Source: Girardia tigrina
Taxonomy: Eukaryota
Length of the DNA stretch: 60,715 nucleotides
Direction of reading: 5' to 3'
Assembly: GCA_001938485.1 (NCBI GenBank)
Contig: MQRK01231964.1
Span: 1 to 60,715, forward strand
Position numbers and translations under genes: made by a program. Shown piece by piece: positions 26,691 to 40,367 of this stretch. Below the pieces are notes generated by a model. That model saw nothing but the letters and a program-made list of their open reading frames with translations. It did not search any database and had not been told where the DNA came from. Positions within the stretch are counted from its first letter, which is position 1. Every line of letters begins with the position of its first letter.

Positions 26691-27397
26691 GAATATTTAT
26701 ATTAACTTTTATTTATATTAAATATTTATATTTATTTATAAGAATATTTGAAAAGTATATGAAACGTTCATTCTGATTTAAATGAATTTGGTTGCGTCCG
26801 AGTTAACTTTTATTTATGTCAAAATTGAACTTTCTATAGATTATATATAATTATATAGATTAAATTATTTTTTACAAAACAATGTCACTAAGGCGTCTAT
26901 TGTGAAGACCCTTTTACCACTTCCGAAGAATTTTAGAATTATGAAATATATAAAGTTAAAAAGTATTTAGTTTATATTTTCTTTCTTAGATATGTTGATT
27001 TTCATATGATTAATAATATTTTCAAAGAATGCTTTTCGATAGCAAAGTTAAAAGTTTGAAAATTTTAGAAATATTGACAAAAATCTAAGTGCTTAAGTTC
27101 TTTTCGTCGTCATTTCATTCTTCTGAGACTAATTTTTTTCATATGGGAGTTTTGTTTTCACAATTGTTTAAACATGGGAGCTAAGAACCTTACAAAACGG
27201 AACCCTAATCTAACTATTTCAGATAGATATCTAACATATTATTCTTATTTGTTTTTTCTGATAAATCTTTTAAGTAAAATTTGACAATGATAAAATTGTT
27301 TGATAATAATGAAATAGTATTAATAAAGCTACTTATAATATCAATATTTCAAAAACAAATATAAATAATATATATACAGCTTAATTTACGTGAATTT

Positions 27398-27480
27398 TCT
27401 GCGTGGCAAACGGCGAACAGAGCCTCTGAAACGATCCCTCGGTTCGAATGACGAGTGATGGTCTATTTTATCTGCACAAG
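27398..27480 (+). mobile_element. tRNA-derived SINE / Pol III-type remnant
   Basis: A-box-like GTGGCAAACGG and B-box-like GGTTCGAATG at tRNA-like spacing. No complete cloverleaf. Confidence 0.45.
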
Positions 27481-27845
27481 TTTTCTTCGTGATTGATTAA
27501 AATCAAAGCCGAAAAAACAATTTTATAATTCTTCAGTCTCTTCCTTCTTCGAAAGAAATCTGTATTTACTTGATCCGAGTTTTACACAAATGAAAAAAGT
27601 GAAAGATTCATTAAACTTTTTTAGGCATAAAAAACTGAAATTCCAACATCTGTGTTTAAAATCACTCATTTAAACAAATACAAAAATAATTATAAATTCA
27701 CACATGTATGGACAATGTGTATTATACATTAGAGAAGTGTTTCACAACGTGGGGTATACACCCAACGAGGGGCAATTTAGATTTAGAAGGGAGATTTAAA
27801 ACTTGACTCATCTTAAAATGAACCAGCAAAGTTTTATGATGATTT

Positions 27846-27989
27846 AAGCTGTGCTTTCTTTGATGCTGTCGGCACAATGTAATGTAATCGATTAGCCGCC
27901 AATATCGCAGTTTTCGCCGACCGGTAGATTTAATAACATTATCATTCTGATATCTGCCACTACGGACGGCGTCAAAGAAAGCACAGCTT
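27846..27989. mobile_element. Small MITE / foldback element
   Basis: Inverted repeat AAGCTGTGCTTTCTTTGA(T/C)GC(T/C)GTC at both ends. Confidence 0.75.
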
Positions 27990-28218
27990 TCTGATAATAA
28001 TTTAATAATAATTTTATAAGATGAAATAATACAAAAATTTAATATTCATAGAATCTCTTTATTTATAAAAAAATTAAATTTTAAGGTCAAACAAGATTTT
28101 TTTTTTACAAACAAACATATTTGTTTTCTATTATTTGAATGAAAATCGCTGTTCTCATTTATTTATGTAATTAACTTCTTTGTTTGATATATGGATATGT
28201 TTAAATAATATTATAGGG

Positions 28219-29658
28219 TAGTGGTCTCCAACCGCTGGTCCGCAGTAGAATTCTACCGGTCCATGTAAAAAGTTTTTGACAATTTGAACTTTAAATCAAA
28301 ATATAAAGTTGGAAAAATTATAACTGAAGACAAGAATTCAGTTCAAAATAGAAAAATCATTGCAATAAAAATCATATGAAAATAATAAATCTCAAGTAAA
28401 AAAGAATAGTTTCAAAACAAAAAATCAGTTCAAAATCAAAAAGTCTCAAATTTATAATGAAAAATTCTCAATTTAAAATGAAAATCCAATAATTATAAAA
28501 TTTATAAGTTTTATTGATAATTGTTTGAATCAGTATAATTAATTTAGAATTTAAATTGTCTATTTTTAGATTTTCAAATCTATGGGTTGAAAGTGGTACA
28601 AAATGATCCATCAAAAGATTGAAAGCTTTTTAAAGTGTGGGCTTCTCCAAAAGGAATTGCATAGTACTGATACAAGTGCTGAATGAGTGCGGAGTTCATT
28701 GGTTTCTGATGTTCAGGCGACAAAGCAATCAGGCAATGATGGTAGTAAAATTCATACAAGAAAGAAGCTGAGACAAAGTTTTGTTCGATATTATTGATAA
28801 GGACTAAATAAAGAAATAAAAAGAATAAGGAATTGATTGCGAAGGTTGCTTACTTGGCTGATATATTCTCAATTTTCAATAATTTCAACTTGTCTCTCCT
28901 AGGAAGAATAACGACTATTTTCACACTTTGGAATAAGGTGGAAGCATTAAAAAATAAACTGTTATTGTGGATGCAGTTCTAAACAACAAAAGAATTGCCG
29001 ATGTTTACCCTTCTGGATGACTATTTGATGTCTACTGACTTGAACCGAACAGTTGTTTGCAGTGTACTAAATCAGCATCTCCAGGGATTGGTTAACTACT
29101 TTAACCAGTATTACCCTAAAGATGAAGATCCACTCACTGAGAACGTTTGGATTTGTGATCCATTTAAAGCAGACATTAACTCCATGAAACTTACTCCAAA
29201 ACTTACCCTAGAAACAAATTTTAAATCAATGCCTTTGAAACAGTTCTGGATTTCTGTGAGGGAAGAGTATCCAATTCTCAATGAAAAGGCTAGGAATCTT
29301 TTGATTACTTTTGCATCAACATACCTTTGTAAAAAAACGTTTTCTTCCACGATAGCTATTAAAAACCAAATATCGAAACTGACTTCAAGTAAATGCTGCT
29401 CTGTGCCTATCTAAAACATCGTTACAGCTGCACCCTGAGAAGATTTTAAATAAAAAGCAGCAGCAGATTTCATATTGAATCGATCTGATTGTATTGTGTT
29501 GTGTTTTGTGTCCCACTGTAATGTTTAAATAAAATTTATGTCTATATAATAAACATATAATATGCATCAAGTAATATATTATATATATGCTGACCGGTAC
29601 ACAAAGAAATTAATATAATTTTGCCGGTCCGCGATCAAAAAAAGGCTGGGAATCGCTA
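28219..29658 (+). mobile_element. hAT (Buster/Charlie) element, internally deleted
   Basis: TIRs TAGTGGTCTCCAACC / GGCTGGGAATCGCTA and 8-bp TSD (T/G)TATAGGG. Motifs LKVAYLADIF, FW...EEYPIL...LLITFASTYLCKKTFS. Confidence 0.88.
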
Positions 29659-29659
29659 G

Positions 29660-30400
29660 TATAGGGTGTTCCAAAAGTAATGGAAGGATGTATGTTTTAA
29701 TTTATCTCCCGAAAGGCATATTATTTCGCGGAAATTCATATTTATGTTTTAACACTGAATATTCTCAGTTATTTACAGATGAATGAAGTTTCAACGCGAC
29801 GCCCTCTTCAGGAGAGAATCAAAATTGTATTTCTCTTCACACAATTCCAGAATTAAGAAGAGGTACGAAGATAGTGGCGTTTTCATTTTGCTACGTCGCC
29901 TCCTAAGTTTAAGACGATCAAGGCTGTGTTTAAGCGATTTCAGCAGACTAGAAGCGTTGAAGATCTCCCCAGCTTAGGGCGCCCAGCTACTTCTACAACA
30001 CCTTAACAGCTCGAACAAGTTCAAAAGTTGGTCGCCACAGATCCTTCAATGTATGTATCTCGTGGGGCAGCCGCTCTTGGGCTGCTTTAGCACTACTTTA
30101 GCACTACTTATTGTTCTACAAATATTCTTCTTAAACGCTCTAAATCCTTCAGAATATGGAATTTTAATGATTTGTTTGTATTCTTCAGTATTTTCTTCTT
30201 TTAATTGTTTTTTAACTCGTGCATATGTACATAATTTGTCTAATGTTACCCTAATGTTGTGTTCTATTTGCTTGTTTGTATACATAAACAATTTGGGCTT
30301 GTGAAACTTGATCTTAAGTCCTACCGCCCGCAACACATGCCAATGCTCAGACCTCGAATTACAGACCCTTCAAATTTCAGATTGAGTTTATGACTTAGGA
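29660..30400 (+). mobile_element. Tc1/mariner (maT/DD37D-like) 5' remnant, interrupted by a Penelope fragment
   Basis: TIR-like TATAGGGTGTTCCAAAAGTAATGG and a decayed N-terminus with S..D.P..GRP motif. Confidence 0.55.
30076..30290 (-). mobile_element. Penelope internal fragment, near-identical to 26472-26653
   Basis: Direct sequence repeat (MYTNKQIEHNIR..LDKLCT...IIKIPYSEGFRAFKK). Confidence 0.9.
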
Positions 30401-30663
30401 GAAGATGAGAGAGATACGATGTTGCATATAAATAATAATTCAAATATTTTAGAAATTTAAGAGTTGAACAGATAGTTATTTCATCTAAACACGCCCAGTA
30501 GAATGGTCGAGATTGCCGAATGTCTATTAATCATAGAGCAAGAATAAAATATTGTTATTTTAGGCCAGCATTTAAAACTAAAAAACATTTATCTGTACCA
30601 CTTTCATACACCTTGAGTTCTTTCTTTTTTTCAGAAGATCAAAAAGGAAATCGAACTTTATGA

Positions 30664-30709
<46 letters not shown>

Positions 30710-31225
30710 CATCAAGTGTTCTTACTACTTAACCAAGCTTCTATTTTCTGATATTGTCTCTTTTATCTAATGTACTAAGAGTTCCTTTTTCTAATAATAC
30801 GAATCCATTTTTAAAATTTTTTCTCTTCCAGTATGATATAATAATTTCTTATTTCCCAAGGATTCAAAAATTTGACCTGTTCAACTTTAACAATCTTTGC
30901 AATCTTATTTTTAATGAAATTGTGTTTCTTCCAAATAGTGTCCTAGGAATCTAACCCTTCTCTTGAAAAATAACTTATATTAACGCTTACATTAACTCAC
31001 ATTGTCTGTTTGTTTGTTTGTTTATTTTTTAAAATTTTGTAAAAGAGTTTTCAGCAATGTTCTGTAGTCTGATTGATCCATTATTTTGCATTTTCTTAAT
31101 TTTGAAGAACAATGTGATTAATAAGTCATTTTTTGCGATTATCCACATATGTGTTTTGAAATTAAGTAGACTTTGATTTAAAATTTATAATAAAATTTTG
31201 TGATTTTGATTCATTATTAGTTATA

Positions 31226-31367
31226 CCGTCAGACCTCTCGTATCCGCCCCCTCTCATTCCGTCGCGATTTTCATTTGACGGAGCTTCAAATCGCCATTGA
31301 AACGATCTATCATATCCGCCACACTTTCGAAAAAAATCGACTCCGATGGATACGAGAGGTCTGACTG
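31226..31367. mobile_element. pogo-type MITE
   Basis: TA TSD and TIRs C(C/A)GTCAGACCTCTCGTATCC / GGATACGAGAGGTCTGACTG. Confidence 0.85.
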
Positions 31368-33341
31368 TAGTTTATTTCAATGAAAATTTGTCACAAAAAA
31401 TTTTAATAAAGAAACGAGTGATTTTCAGAATTGGGAGTATTGGACTTTCCAATTCTTTTTCCGTGAGAAAAACAATGTTATGATGGTTTCCATGTGATAT
31501 AAAATCATTTTTCGGAACAGTATTCCGAAAACCGGGTATCCAAGTCAATTTTTATGGCACATTCCCACTGATCATATAACCTCTAACAATAGTGTTACTC
31601 ATTATAACCTAGAAAAGGCCAAGATCCATGTTTTAAAATCTTTGATTAGTTAAAAACACAATATTTACACCATATAGTAAATATTTAAATACATTATTTT
31701 CTATCAAAATTTATGCTCGGACTCGTTCCATCATCGTTTCCATCGTTTATAAAATCATTAAAGAAAACAGAAATTAGGCTCTCCAGCTATCCTTCGTTTC
31801 AGGTTTTTCGTCTCCACACAAACTGAAAATCGCCCTTGTCTGATGATTTTGTAAATGGAGAATAAAAAAGAAATGACAGGTAAATAGGTTCGACGAATAG
31901 AGAGGATAGAACAACCTTATTCACCGTCAAAGAAGTAGAAAGAAACATACACTGTTTGTCCTTCGGAAATACAGTCATCTTTCTTATACTCTTCACGACT
32001 TTAACCGAAACTTATGATCCACTTGAAATCATCTGTTTTCTTAAATGCGTTACCCCCAAAACCAGCCGTCGATAATTTCACGAAAGGTTTTGATGATGCC
32101 GCTCCATCTGTTCATCAATTTCAATCGTCTACAAGAGAATATTCACATGCCTGGACGACCGCGCAGTTACAAACGCTTCAGCAAGTCCCTCACTTGATAC
32201 AAACAACCGTGATTGCGGCATTGATTAAAATAAAAACAACGCTGAAAGAAAATGAAAAAGTGCACTTAATTTATTGTACCAAACACATAAAAATATGCAG
32301 AAATACATAGCGATAACAGAAACTATTTACACAGTGATTATGTACAAACAATCAAACATCAAACAAACAAACACATATAATAATAATGATAATTGTAATA
32401 AGTACTAATAATAATACGAATACGTAAATGCATCGAGCGATGTCGATCCGCGAGAAGATAGAGAAACAGAAGAGGAATGATGAACGGGCCGGGCGACTGG
32501 CGACCGAGTGATGGCAGTGGGAAAAACATTAAAATTAATAGAAAAAATAGCGTAATTTATTTCGATTTGTGACAGGAAAATCAACGAAAAAATAATATAA
32601 TAAATGAATTGGTATATTTCTCTCGAATAAGGCAATAAATATAATTAATAATAACGAAGAAATGAAGAATTGCTGATGATAATGATAGTAAAAATAATCG
32701 TAATACTATTAAATAGTGATATTAATAGTAATAATAATAAAAGACATCTTAGAAAATAGATATGGATAAGAGACACGCTGATAATGATTTCAAGGCTGAA
32801 GGATGTTATTCCCTACAAGGACAACTGGGGGAGGACAATTTGGACGCTATTGCAACAGCAAGAGATTCGGTCTCGAGCAATAATTAATCGTATTGGGTAG
32901 GGCAGAGTTGAGGAAAACGGTGTTCGAAGCTGCGAGAGAAGTGTTGATGGAATTGAGGGGCCGGATCAATATCTGAGAATCGTTATGTTGTTTGAAGGAA
33001 TTATTTACCGACAAAAATTTGTTGGGGATTCTGTACGATGATTGTCTGTGGTGGAAATTAAAAGAGAAATGGTTGGAATTGTCAGGAATAATGGCTTCAT
33101 TGGCATTGACAGTGTTGACACATGGAGGCGGAAATATTTGCCGCTGACTTTTAGGTTTAGGAAACGAAGGAAAATTAATGGACGATCGATCGATGACATT
33201 GTTGCTGTATATTTTCTTTGATATCCAGTGAGCAATATCCACATGGTTGATGGTTTTTCGGATGGTCTGCTATAATATACGCGTCAAATGGATATACATG
33301 CTAAATACATCCATAAAATGCAGAAGAAATAAATATAAACC

Positions 33342-33691
33342 CTAGTAAATCAAAAAATTATATTTTTTATATCCATTCTTTATGCAGACAAGAACTCTAC
33401 TTTGCCAATAAAGTTTTAATTAAATAAATAATTTTAAAAAACAATAAAAATTAATATAAACTACTTATAATTTATAAGTAGATCTTTTTTAACAACGAAC
33501 TTTCCGTTTTTCCCATTTTGAGACCTTAAAAAGTTTTTTTGATACAATTTTCACATTATCATTTATTGTCATCGAGAATGAGTAAGTGTGCAAAGATTGG
33601 AGAAAATCGATTATATTAGCTTTCTTTCTAGGTATACAGGTATCTGTATCCATGGAATTTAGAAACCTATTTTTGAAGGCCTTTTACTCAA
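33342..33691 (-). mobile_element. DINE/Helentron-like repeat with an inverted 5' segment
   Basis: Reverse-complement match to 24917-25110 and 35300-35507. Segment 33645-33691 matches 24870-24916 in + orientation. Confidence 0.6.
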
Positions 33692-33885
33692 AGAATGGAA
33701 TAAATCAACTCTATTTGTCTGTTATAAAGTATATCCTCCAGTTTACTTAACAAATATTATAGTTTTATTTTTCAGTTCTAATTTCACTAATCATTATGTC
33801 GACACCCTTCTATTTAACACCACTTAATTTTAAAAAACATTATTTAAACATTATTGCATAAACAATGTATATTGTTATCTTGGAA

Positions 33886-34162
33886 CAGTAGTACAACCAG
33901 GGGGTTCAAGGGTGCATTTGCATCCCCCCAAAATTTCTAATTATATTTAAAATTTAGAAAAAATAAAAATGAAATGAATTTAATTTGAAAATTCGACTCA
34001 AATTCAAATTCCTATACTCACATGTAAAAATAACATTATTTAAATTCATGTATTTATTCAGCGTTTTATAAGAAATCAATTAAATACATATTTTTTGAAA
34101 TTTTTAATGTGTTCAAAATTATTTTTTGCACCCCCCAATAAGAATTTCTGGTTGCGCCCCTG
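33886..34162. mobile_element. hAT-type MITE
   Basis: Ends CAGTAGTACAACCAG / CTGGTTGCGCCCCTG, with degenerate 8-bp TSD TCTTGGAA / CCTTAGAA. Confidence 0.7.
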
Positions 34163-35299
34163 CCTTAGAATTATCATTTTCTAGGGGATCAAATTATTTA
34201 AAAATATCAATAATTTAAAAAAAATCCAGCAAATTTTTACTATTAATCAGTTCTCAAAAATCTTTTCAAATCTAAAATTCCTTTGAACGTACCGGTAAAG
34301 CTAGGAAGTCAAATTCTATGTCTTGTACCTCTCCGAGACAAACCGTCATCTTCAAACTGCAATTGAAATAGCTTCATTCTTCACTAAGTATTTCCAGTTT
34401 ATTTCGCATTGATTTGGATCAAAGAAGCGTCAACTTATCATTTATATTCAAATAAAGACAGTTCCTGGTCGTCCTGACATGCACTATAACTATCAACTTA
34501 GCATATCCTAGGACGGGTTTCTATAATGACAGTTTAATAAATCTCATTAGCAACATATCTCTTCTTAGGACGAGTTAGCATACTGGACATAAAACAGCTG
34601 GTAGCGGAGCACCTACATTTATTTTTGAATCGAAGCACGGGAAATGTATATTTCATGAGTTCTGGGTTTCCGAAATAAAATCAACCGTCAAAGATGCGAG
34701 TCGAAAGATTGACAAAGATAGTTTTTCAATTTATAACATTCTACTTTGATATTCTATAATTTCTTAATATGCGCTTCAATTATTAAATTGCTCAATAAAC
34801 AAGTACGAACTAACAAACTAATCTGATAATAACTAATATTATTATGAACCAACAAGCAATATTCGACAGTTCTAATGGGAATGATATTTCCATGCATCAG
34901 TAATGTAAATTGCTTTGTTATGAAGAACCACACAACAGTTGCTTTCATGTGATCCACCAGTGAAGTGAAACATATTCCAAAGGATAAATTGATTGATTTG
35001 ATTTTAATTACAAAAACAGTGCACCTTTAAATGGGATTGATATATTTGTGGAAAAAATATAAAATCAATGATCTTCCAAATAGAAACGTGTTCCTTTCAG
35101 CTGAGCAGTAGTTAAGGAATGCATTGAGTGCAATAGCGTCATATGATAAAGGGGTCTACCTTTATTCGTCTTATATTACTTGCGTAAGTATGATTCTGTA
35201 TTGAAGAATGTTATGAATTAGAGTTTCCAATCATATTAAAAAAGAATGTCATTCTTAAGAAAAATGAATTAATTTAACAAATTTCTTTGTTTTTATTTT

Positions 35300-35507
35300 T
35301 TTTGAAAGGTCTTAAAATGGAAAAAACGGAAAATTCGGAGTTCCAGAACAATATTAACTGAAAAATACCTACTTATAAATAATAAGTAGTTTATATTAAT
35401 TTTTATTGTTTTTTTAAAACATTTTTTAAATTAAAATTTTGTTATCAAAGTAGAGTTCTGTCTGTTCAAAGAATGAATATAAAAAATTTAATTTTTTGAT
35501 TTACTAG
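35300..35507 (+). mobile_element. DINE/Helentron-like repeat 3' part
   Basis: Homologous to 33342-33530 and terminates TTACTAG|T. Confidence 0.55.
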
Positions 35508-36500
35508 TTTAATCTTTTTAAAATTAATTTTAAATTAAAAAAATTTATTTCACTTTAAATCCATATCAACTTGATCAGTAGATTTACAACAAAAACTAAT
35601 AGAAATATTGTTTTTAATTTATATGAGCTTTCAACTTTGAACCGAATTCGAAATGAATTAATGATAGTTTTTGTATTCAAGTCCCAAATTACTACAGGAT
35701 GTCTTTAAATAGCAAGAGTCGCTATCAAAGATGTAAACAATTTACAATACGATCTAAAGATAATTGAGTCAATAATAATTCATCTATTTCTATTTATCTG
35801 CTTGATTAATTACCGTTTTCAATTGTATGACAAAATAGAAATCATTTTGGGTTAAATCACAATTTTGGATATTACAAAGATGTATTAGTAACCAAGTGGA
35901 ACATAATGACCCATGATTATAATTTAACGAACATCCTTCTACAAACCACAAAATATGGTCATAAGTAAATGGATAAACCTTAGTGAAGTAATGTAGGTCT
36001 GCATTATAGTGGATTTATTTTTTAACAATATGATGTTTTGTGTCTATGCGAAGAATAAGGAGCTTGACAAGTGCATTCGCCCCTAATATCTAGAGATATA
36101 AAATGAGCGCAATATATGATAAACTATGCTCACAGATTGAATGAAAGAATGAAGGATAAAAAAGTAAATTATCACAAACACTATTTAATGGGATGTTGAA
36201 TATAACATCTTAAATAGTTTATAAAATAATTTTTAGCTCCCATATAATTTGTATGTCCAATATCGAACTAAAATTCCAAACGAAACCTAAAGTCTAAACA
36301 CCTGTCTGAGAAGTATTAACAAGGATCAGCATCAGATATCTACAGGAGTGATTATTGTAGTTGAGGTAAGTGGCAAGACGTTAGTTAGACAAAAATTATA
36401 CATTTTCATACAGAATCATGTGAAATTCGTAACGAAGATCATACAATCAGTTCTCAAATAATAGCTATCTGGGATCAGATATAAATTTCCTTTAAATCAT

Positions 36501-38355
36501 CAATGTAGCAACCGGAAAAGTTGCAAAAAGTTGCAAATAAAGTTGTAAAATTTGCAAAAGTTGTACCTTTTTGTTGACTTATACAAAAATATCAAGATCT
36601 GTATAACATTTTAGTAGAAAAAATATTTTATTACACTTAAAATTTATGTCTCTTTCTAAGAGTTTTTTCAGCATTGAAAAGCTTCTTTCAACAGCTATTG
36701 ATGTTACAAGAATTTTTCCGTAAATTCTTCGTTTGTATCTTTTAAAAAAATCTTCTTTGGGATGCTGGCATTTCTTCAACAATTTTTTTCACGGATAAAT
36801 GTTTCTTTGAACTTCTGTGTTTTATCACAGATGATTTTCTTCGGATTTTGACAATACAACCACATATATTACAAAACAGTTCCGAATTTGCTCCGAGTAC
36901 GAATTCTCCGCGAAACATTTTTATATACCATTGAATTTTTATTGCTTTTTATCAATTCCAACACTCATTTTTAAGAAATATGTTGTTTTCAATTAAATCA
37001 TGATTTTTAAAACAAAGTTTAATGAATAATTAAGTTATATATTAGGTTGGGGAAAAAGTAATCCATTATTTTTTTATTCATTATTTATCGATCAAACAAT
37101 TTCAAATTTATGCTCTTTGTCAAGGTAACATTTCACAGTAATTTCACAAAAAATTTTTTGCTTTTTTTATTCAGTTCCGAGTTACAGGGTGTTAAAAATG
37201 GAAGTCAACAAAGAAAAAAATCGGTACATTTACAATTTTTATGCGATAAATACGAAAGTGCAAGCCAGGCGGGTGTTATTGTGAATGGTGTTTATGGTGC
37301 CAATACTGTAACAGCTAATTACACGGAATTTTGGTTTCGTCGATTTCGTGGAGGCATTTTTGATGTTAAAAATGCACCCCGCACAGGCAGGCCTATCGTT
37401 GAAAATGTCGATAAAATCTCGGCAATGATCAAAGTTGACCGGTATGTTAGTAGTCTTAGTATCGCACGGGAGCTGAAGATCGACCACAAAACGGTTTTAA
37501 ACCATTTTGGCAAAGGAGGATTCAAAAAGAAACTTAATGTTTGGGTTTACACCAATTAACACCAAAAAAACATGATGGATCGAATTTCCCATTTCTTAAA
37601 CGGATAGTTACTGGGGATGAGAAATGGGTCACATACGACAATATTGTACAAAACCGATCATGGTCAAAGCACGGTGAAGCACCTCAAACGGTCGCCAAAC
37701 CAGGAATAACGGCCAGGAAGGTTCTACTGTGTATTTGGTGGGACTGGAAAATAATCATTTATTATGAGTTGCTTCTCTATGGCCAAACACTAAATTCAGA
37801 TCTGTACTGTCAACAACTGAACCGTTTGAAGATAGCAATTGATGAGAAACGACCAGAATTGGCAAACAGAAGAGGTGTTGTGTTCCATCACGACAACGAC
37901 AGACCACACACGTCTGTAGTGACTCGCCAGAAACTCAGGGAGCTTGGTTGGGAAGTTTTAATGCATCCACCATATAGTCCGGACCTGGCACCAAGCGATT
38001 ACCACCTTTTTCTCACATTGCAAAATTTACTGAGTGATAAGAAATTGGGATCAATAGAAGATTGTGAAAATCGATTACTAAAGTTTTTCGCCAATAAGGA
38101 CCAAGACTTCTACGAGAGAGGCATTATGAAGCTACCTTCAAAATGACAACTAATTATACAACAAAACGGTGCATATTTGACTCCAAGAGGACAATCCGAA
38201 ACATTTAAATAAAGTTTTGAATTTCACGCCAAAATAATGGATTTCTTTTTCCCCAACCTAATATATGATTTTTTTCAGTTTTACTTAATAAAGTTAACAA
38301 AAAAAGTTGCAAAAAGTTGCAAATTTTGCAACATTTTGCAACCCGGTTGCACTTG
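36501..38355 (-). mobile_element. Non-autonomous hAT-like element hosting a mariner
   Basis: Ends GCAACCGG / CCGGTTGC with AAGTTGCAA subterminal repeats, and a TSIAVERSFSMLKKLL hAT dimerisation-type remnant. Confidence 0.6.
37042..38261 (+). mobile_element. mariner (DD34D, mellifera-like), near full length; transposase pseudogene 37198-38212
   Basis: TA TSD and TIR TTAGGTTGGGGAAAAAG(T)AATCCATTATTTT. Motifs VTGDEKW, HHDNDRPH, HPPYSPDLAPSDYHLF. Confidence 0.95.
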
Positions 38356-39723
38356 TCATCAACAACTGATGGCCGAAAAACCTATTAACCAGACTGAGTG
38401 ATTCATGATTTATAATAATAATGATTCAGGTGAGTATTGTTGGTCTTCGAGCTTCACAACTCGAATTAAATAAAGTTAAAATGAATCTAGAAGGAGAATT
38501 TTCAATCCATGCAGGATGCTACTCATGTTTTCGTAACTTGAACGACATGAACTATTACATAAATTTCCAGATTTTAACTAGCTAAGCGATGTGGAAGATT
38601 GCTCAGATGTCAATACCTTAAAAGACGAAGTCTTACGATTGTTTAATCCTGATTCTCAATAAAGAAGGAGGATTAATACTTTAAATTCAAGCTTCTTAAC
38701 TTATTGAACTGATAATGGAATGGTTTTGATTTATCATCCTATAAAGATAAGACAATTAATAAATCAAAGTTAAGAACAATGATGCTGGTTTTAGGTGAAA
38801 TTTCATCAGACCTTTGAATTCCTTAAAACGTTATTTCATTAATTCTCCAAACACTTTAAATGTTGTTGAAAGTCAAGACAAATTGACGATTTGCACTCAT
38901 TTTGATAGCAGCTGGGTTCAATTTGCCCCCTAATGTATGAAATAATTGGGTAAATATAAATGGTTTGATTACTTTGGAACTAAGTAACGGAATCATCTGA
39001 ATGGTAAAAGAGCCATTAGCAAGAAAAAGTCACACTGAGCCAAGATAAGAAGACAACTTCAACAACATTCAACAGATATATTTTGATTTCAGCAATTCTG
39101 AAAATAATATACATTTGTTATGCAAGAAAGGTGTATTACTTCTGGTGACCATGCTGAAAAGTGAGTTCTACAAAATTTTATATTAATCTGAAACTACTAG
39201 AAATACATGTTTGATATCCATCTGTTATGTGACTTTCGTGCAGGATGGAAACCATTTCAAACCTAAAACTGATTAATGTGTCTTTAAAACTTAACAGTCA
39301 TAACAATGTAAGCCTTACATGCTCATCTGTAGGGTTAATGTAGCTTATACTACAAGTTCAAAAAGTTACTCATGTCTCCTAACAATATAAAATCATGAGT
39401 ATCCTTAAATACCAAAATACTAATTTTTATATACGTGTAAAATGAAATATAAAAAATGATTTTGATAAAAAATATTTTTAATGGTGAAATTTATGTTTTC
39501 AAAAATAATAAAAAGTTGCTTATTTAAAAAATATTTTAACATAATTTAAAAGTGATTTATATCCAATCAGAATTCTGACAAATATTCTGTGTTTGAAAAA
39601 CTCTCTTTTGGTTTTTGGTCTTGAATGTTTAAACATCAGTTCTATCAATGAACGATCCATTGTTGATGTTTTGATAGGATCGATACATGTCGTGCATTGT
39701 GAAATAAAAAATAGTTACTCAAA

Positions 39724-39769
<46 letters not shown>

Positions 39770-40367
39770 ACAATGAATATAATACAAAAAATATCATGTA
39801 TAGTTAGAACTAACCGATTGCTTTAAAAACATTCTTCTACTCATTAATTCATACCCCCTCGTATTATCTAAAAATAAATCTGGAATAAATTATGTTGTTC
39901 ATTATAAAAATAATCTATTTTATTATTCTTAAGAAAATTAAGTTACAATCAATTATTAATGAAATATTTGAATAATATCTACTGAAAGACAATTTTGCAT
40001 TAAACACGTATTCTAAATCAAAATTTTACTTTGATCCCATAACTTTACCATAGAGTTACAAATGTAATGGCCAATTAATGGAAGTTTATATTCAGAACAA
40101 CAGAAAAATATTGTTATTTTTAGTTTAGTAAGCCAAATAAGGTTAGTGTTCCAAAAGGGAATAATGTAATTTGTGTTCGTTCAAAAGGTGTTCCTTCTAA
40201 TATCACATTGCGAAATCGCTATTATTCGACGCTTGAAGGCCATGGTAGATGAAGTCTTCAAAAGCCATCTAAAATTCAAACCCCTCACCTAATTTCTTTC
40301 ATTGTAAGACTAACAAATAGTCTCTATAAATTCGATTTAATCAAATATCATCTTTAATAGTCTACAG

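Noticed and set aside
31834-31880. CTGATGA...GAAA hammerhead-like string
   Set aside because: No credible stem II, no stem III/NUH site, and no Penelope context.
34200-39450. Possible exons or decayed LINE in the unassigned parts
   Set aside because: Only isolated splice-like sites and no convincing protein motifs.
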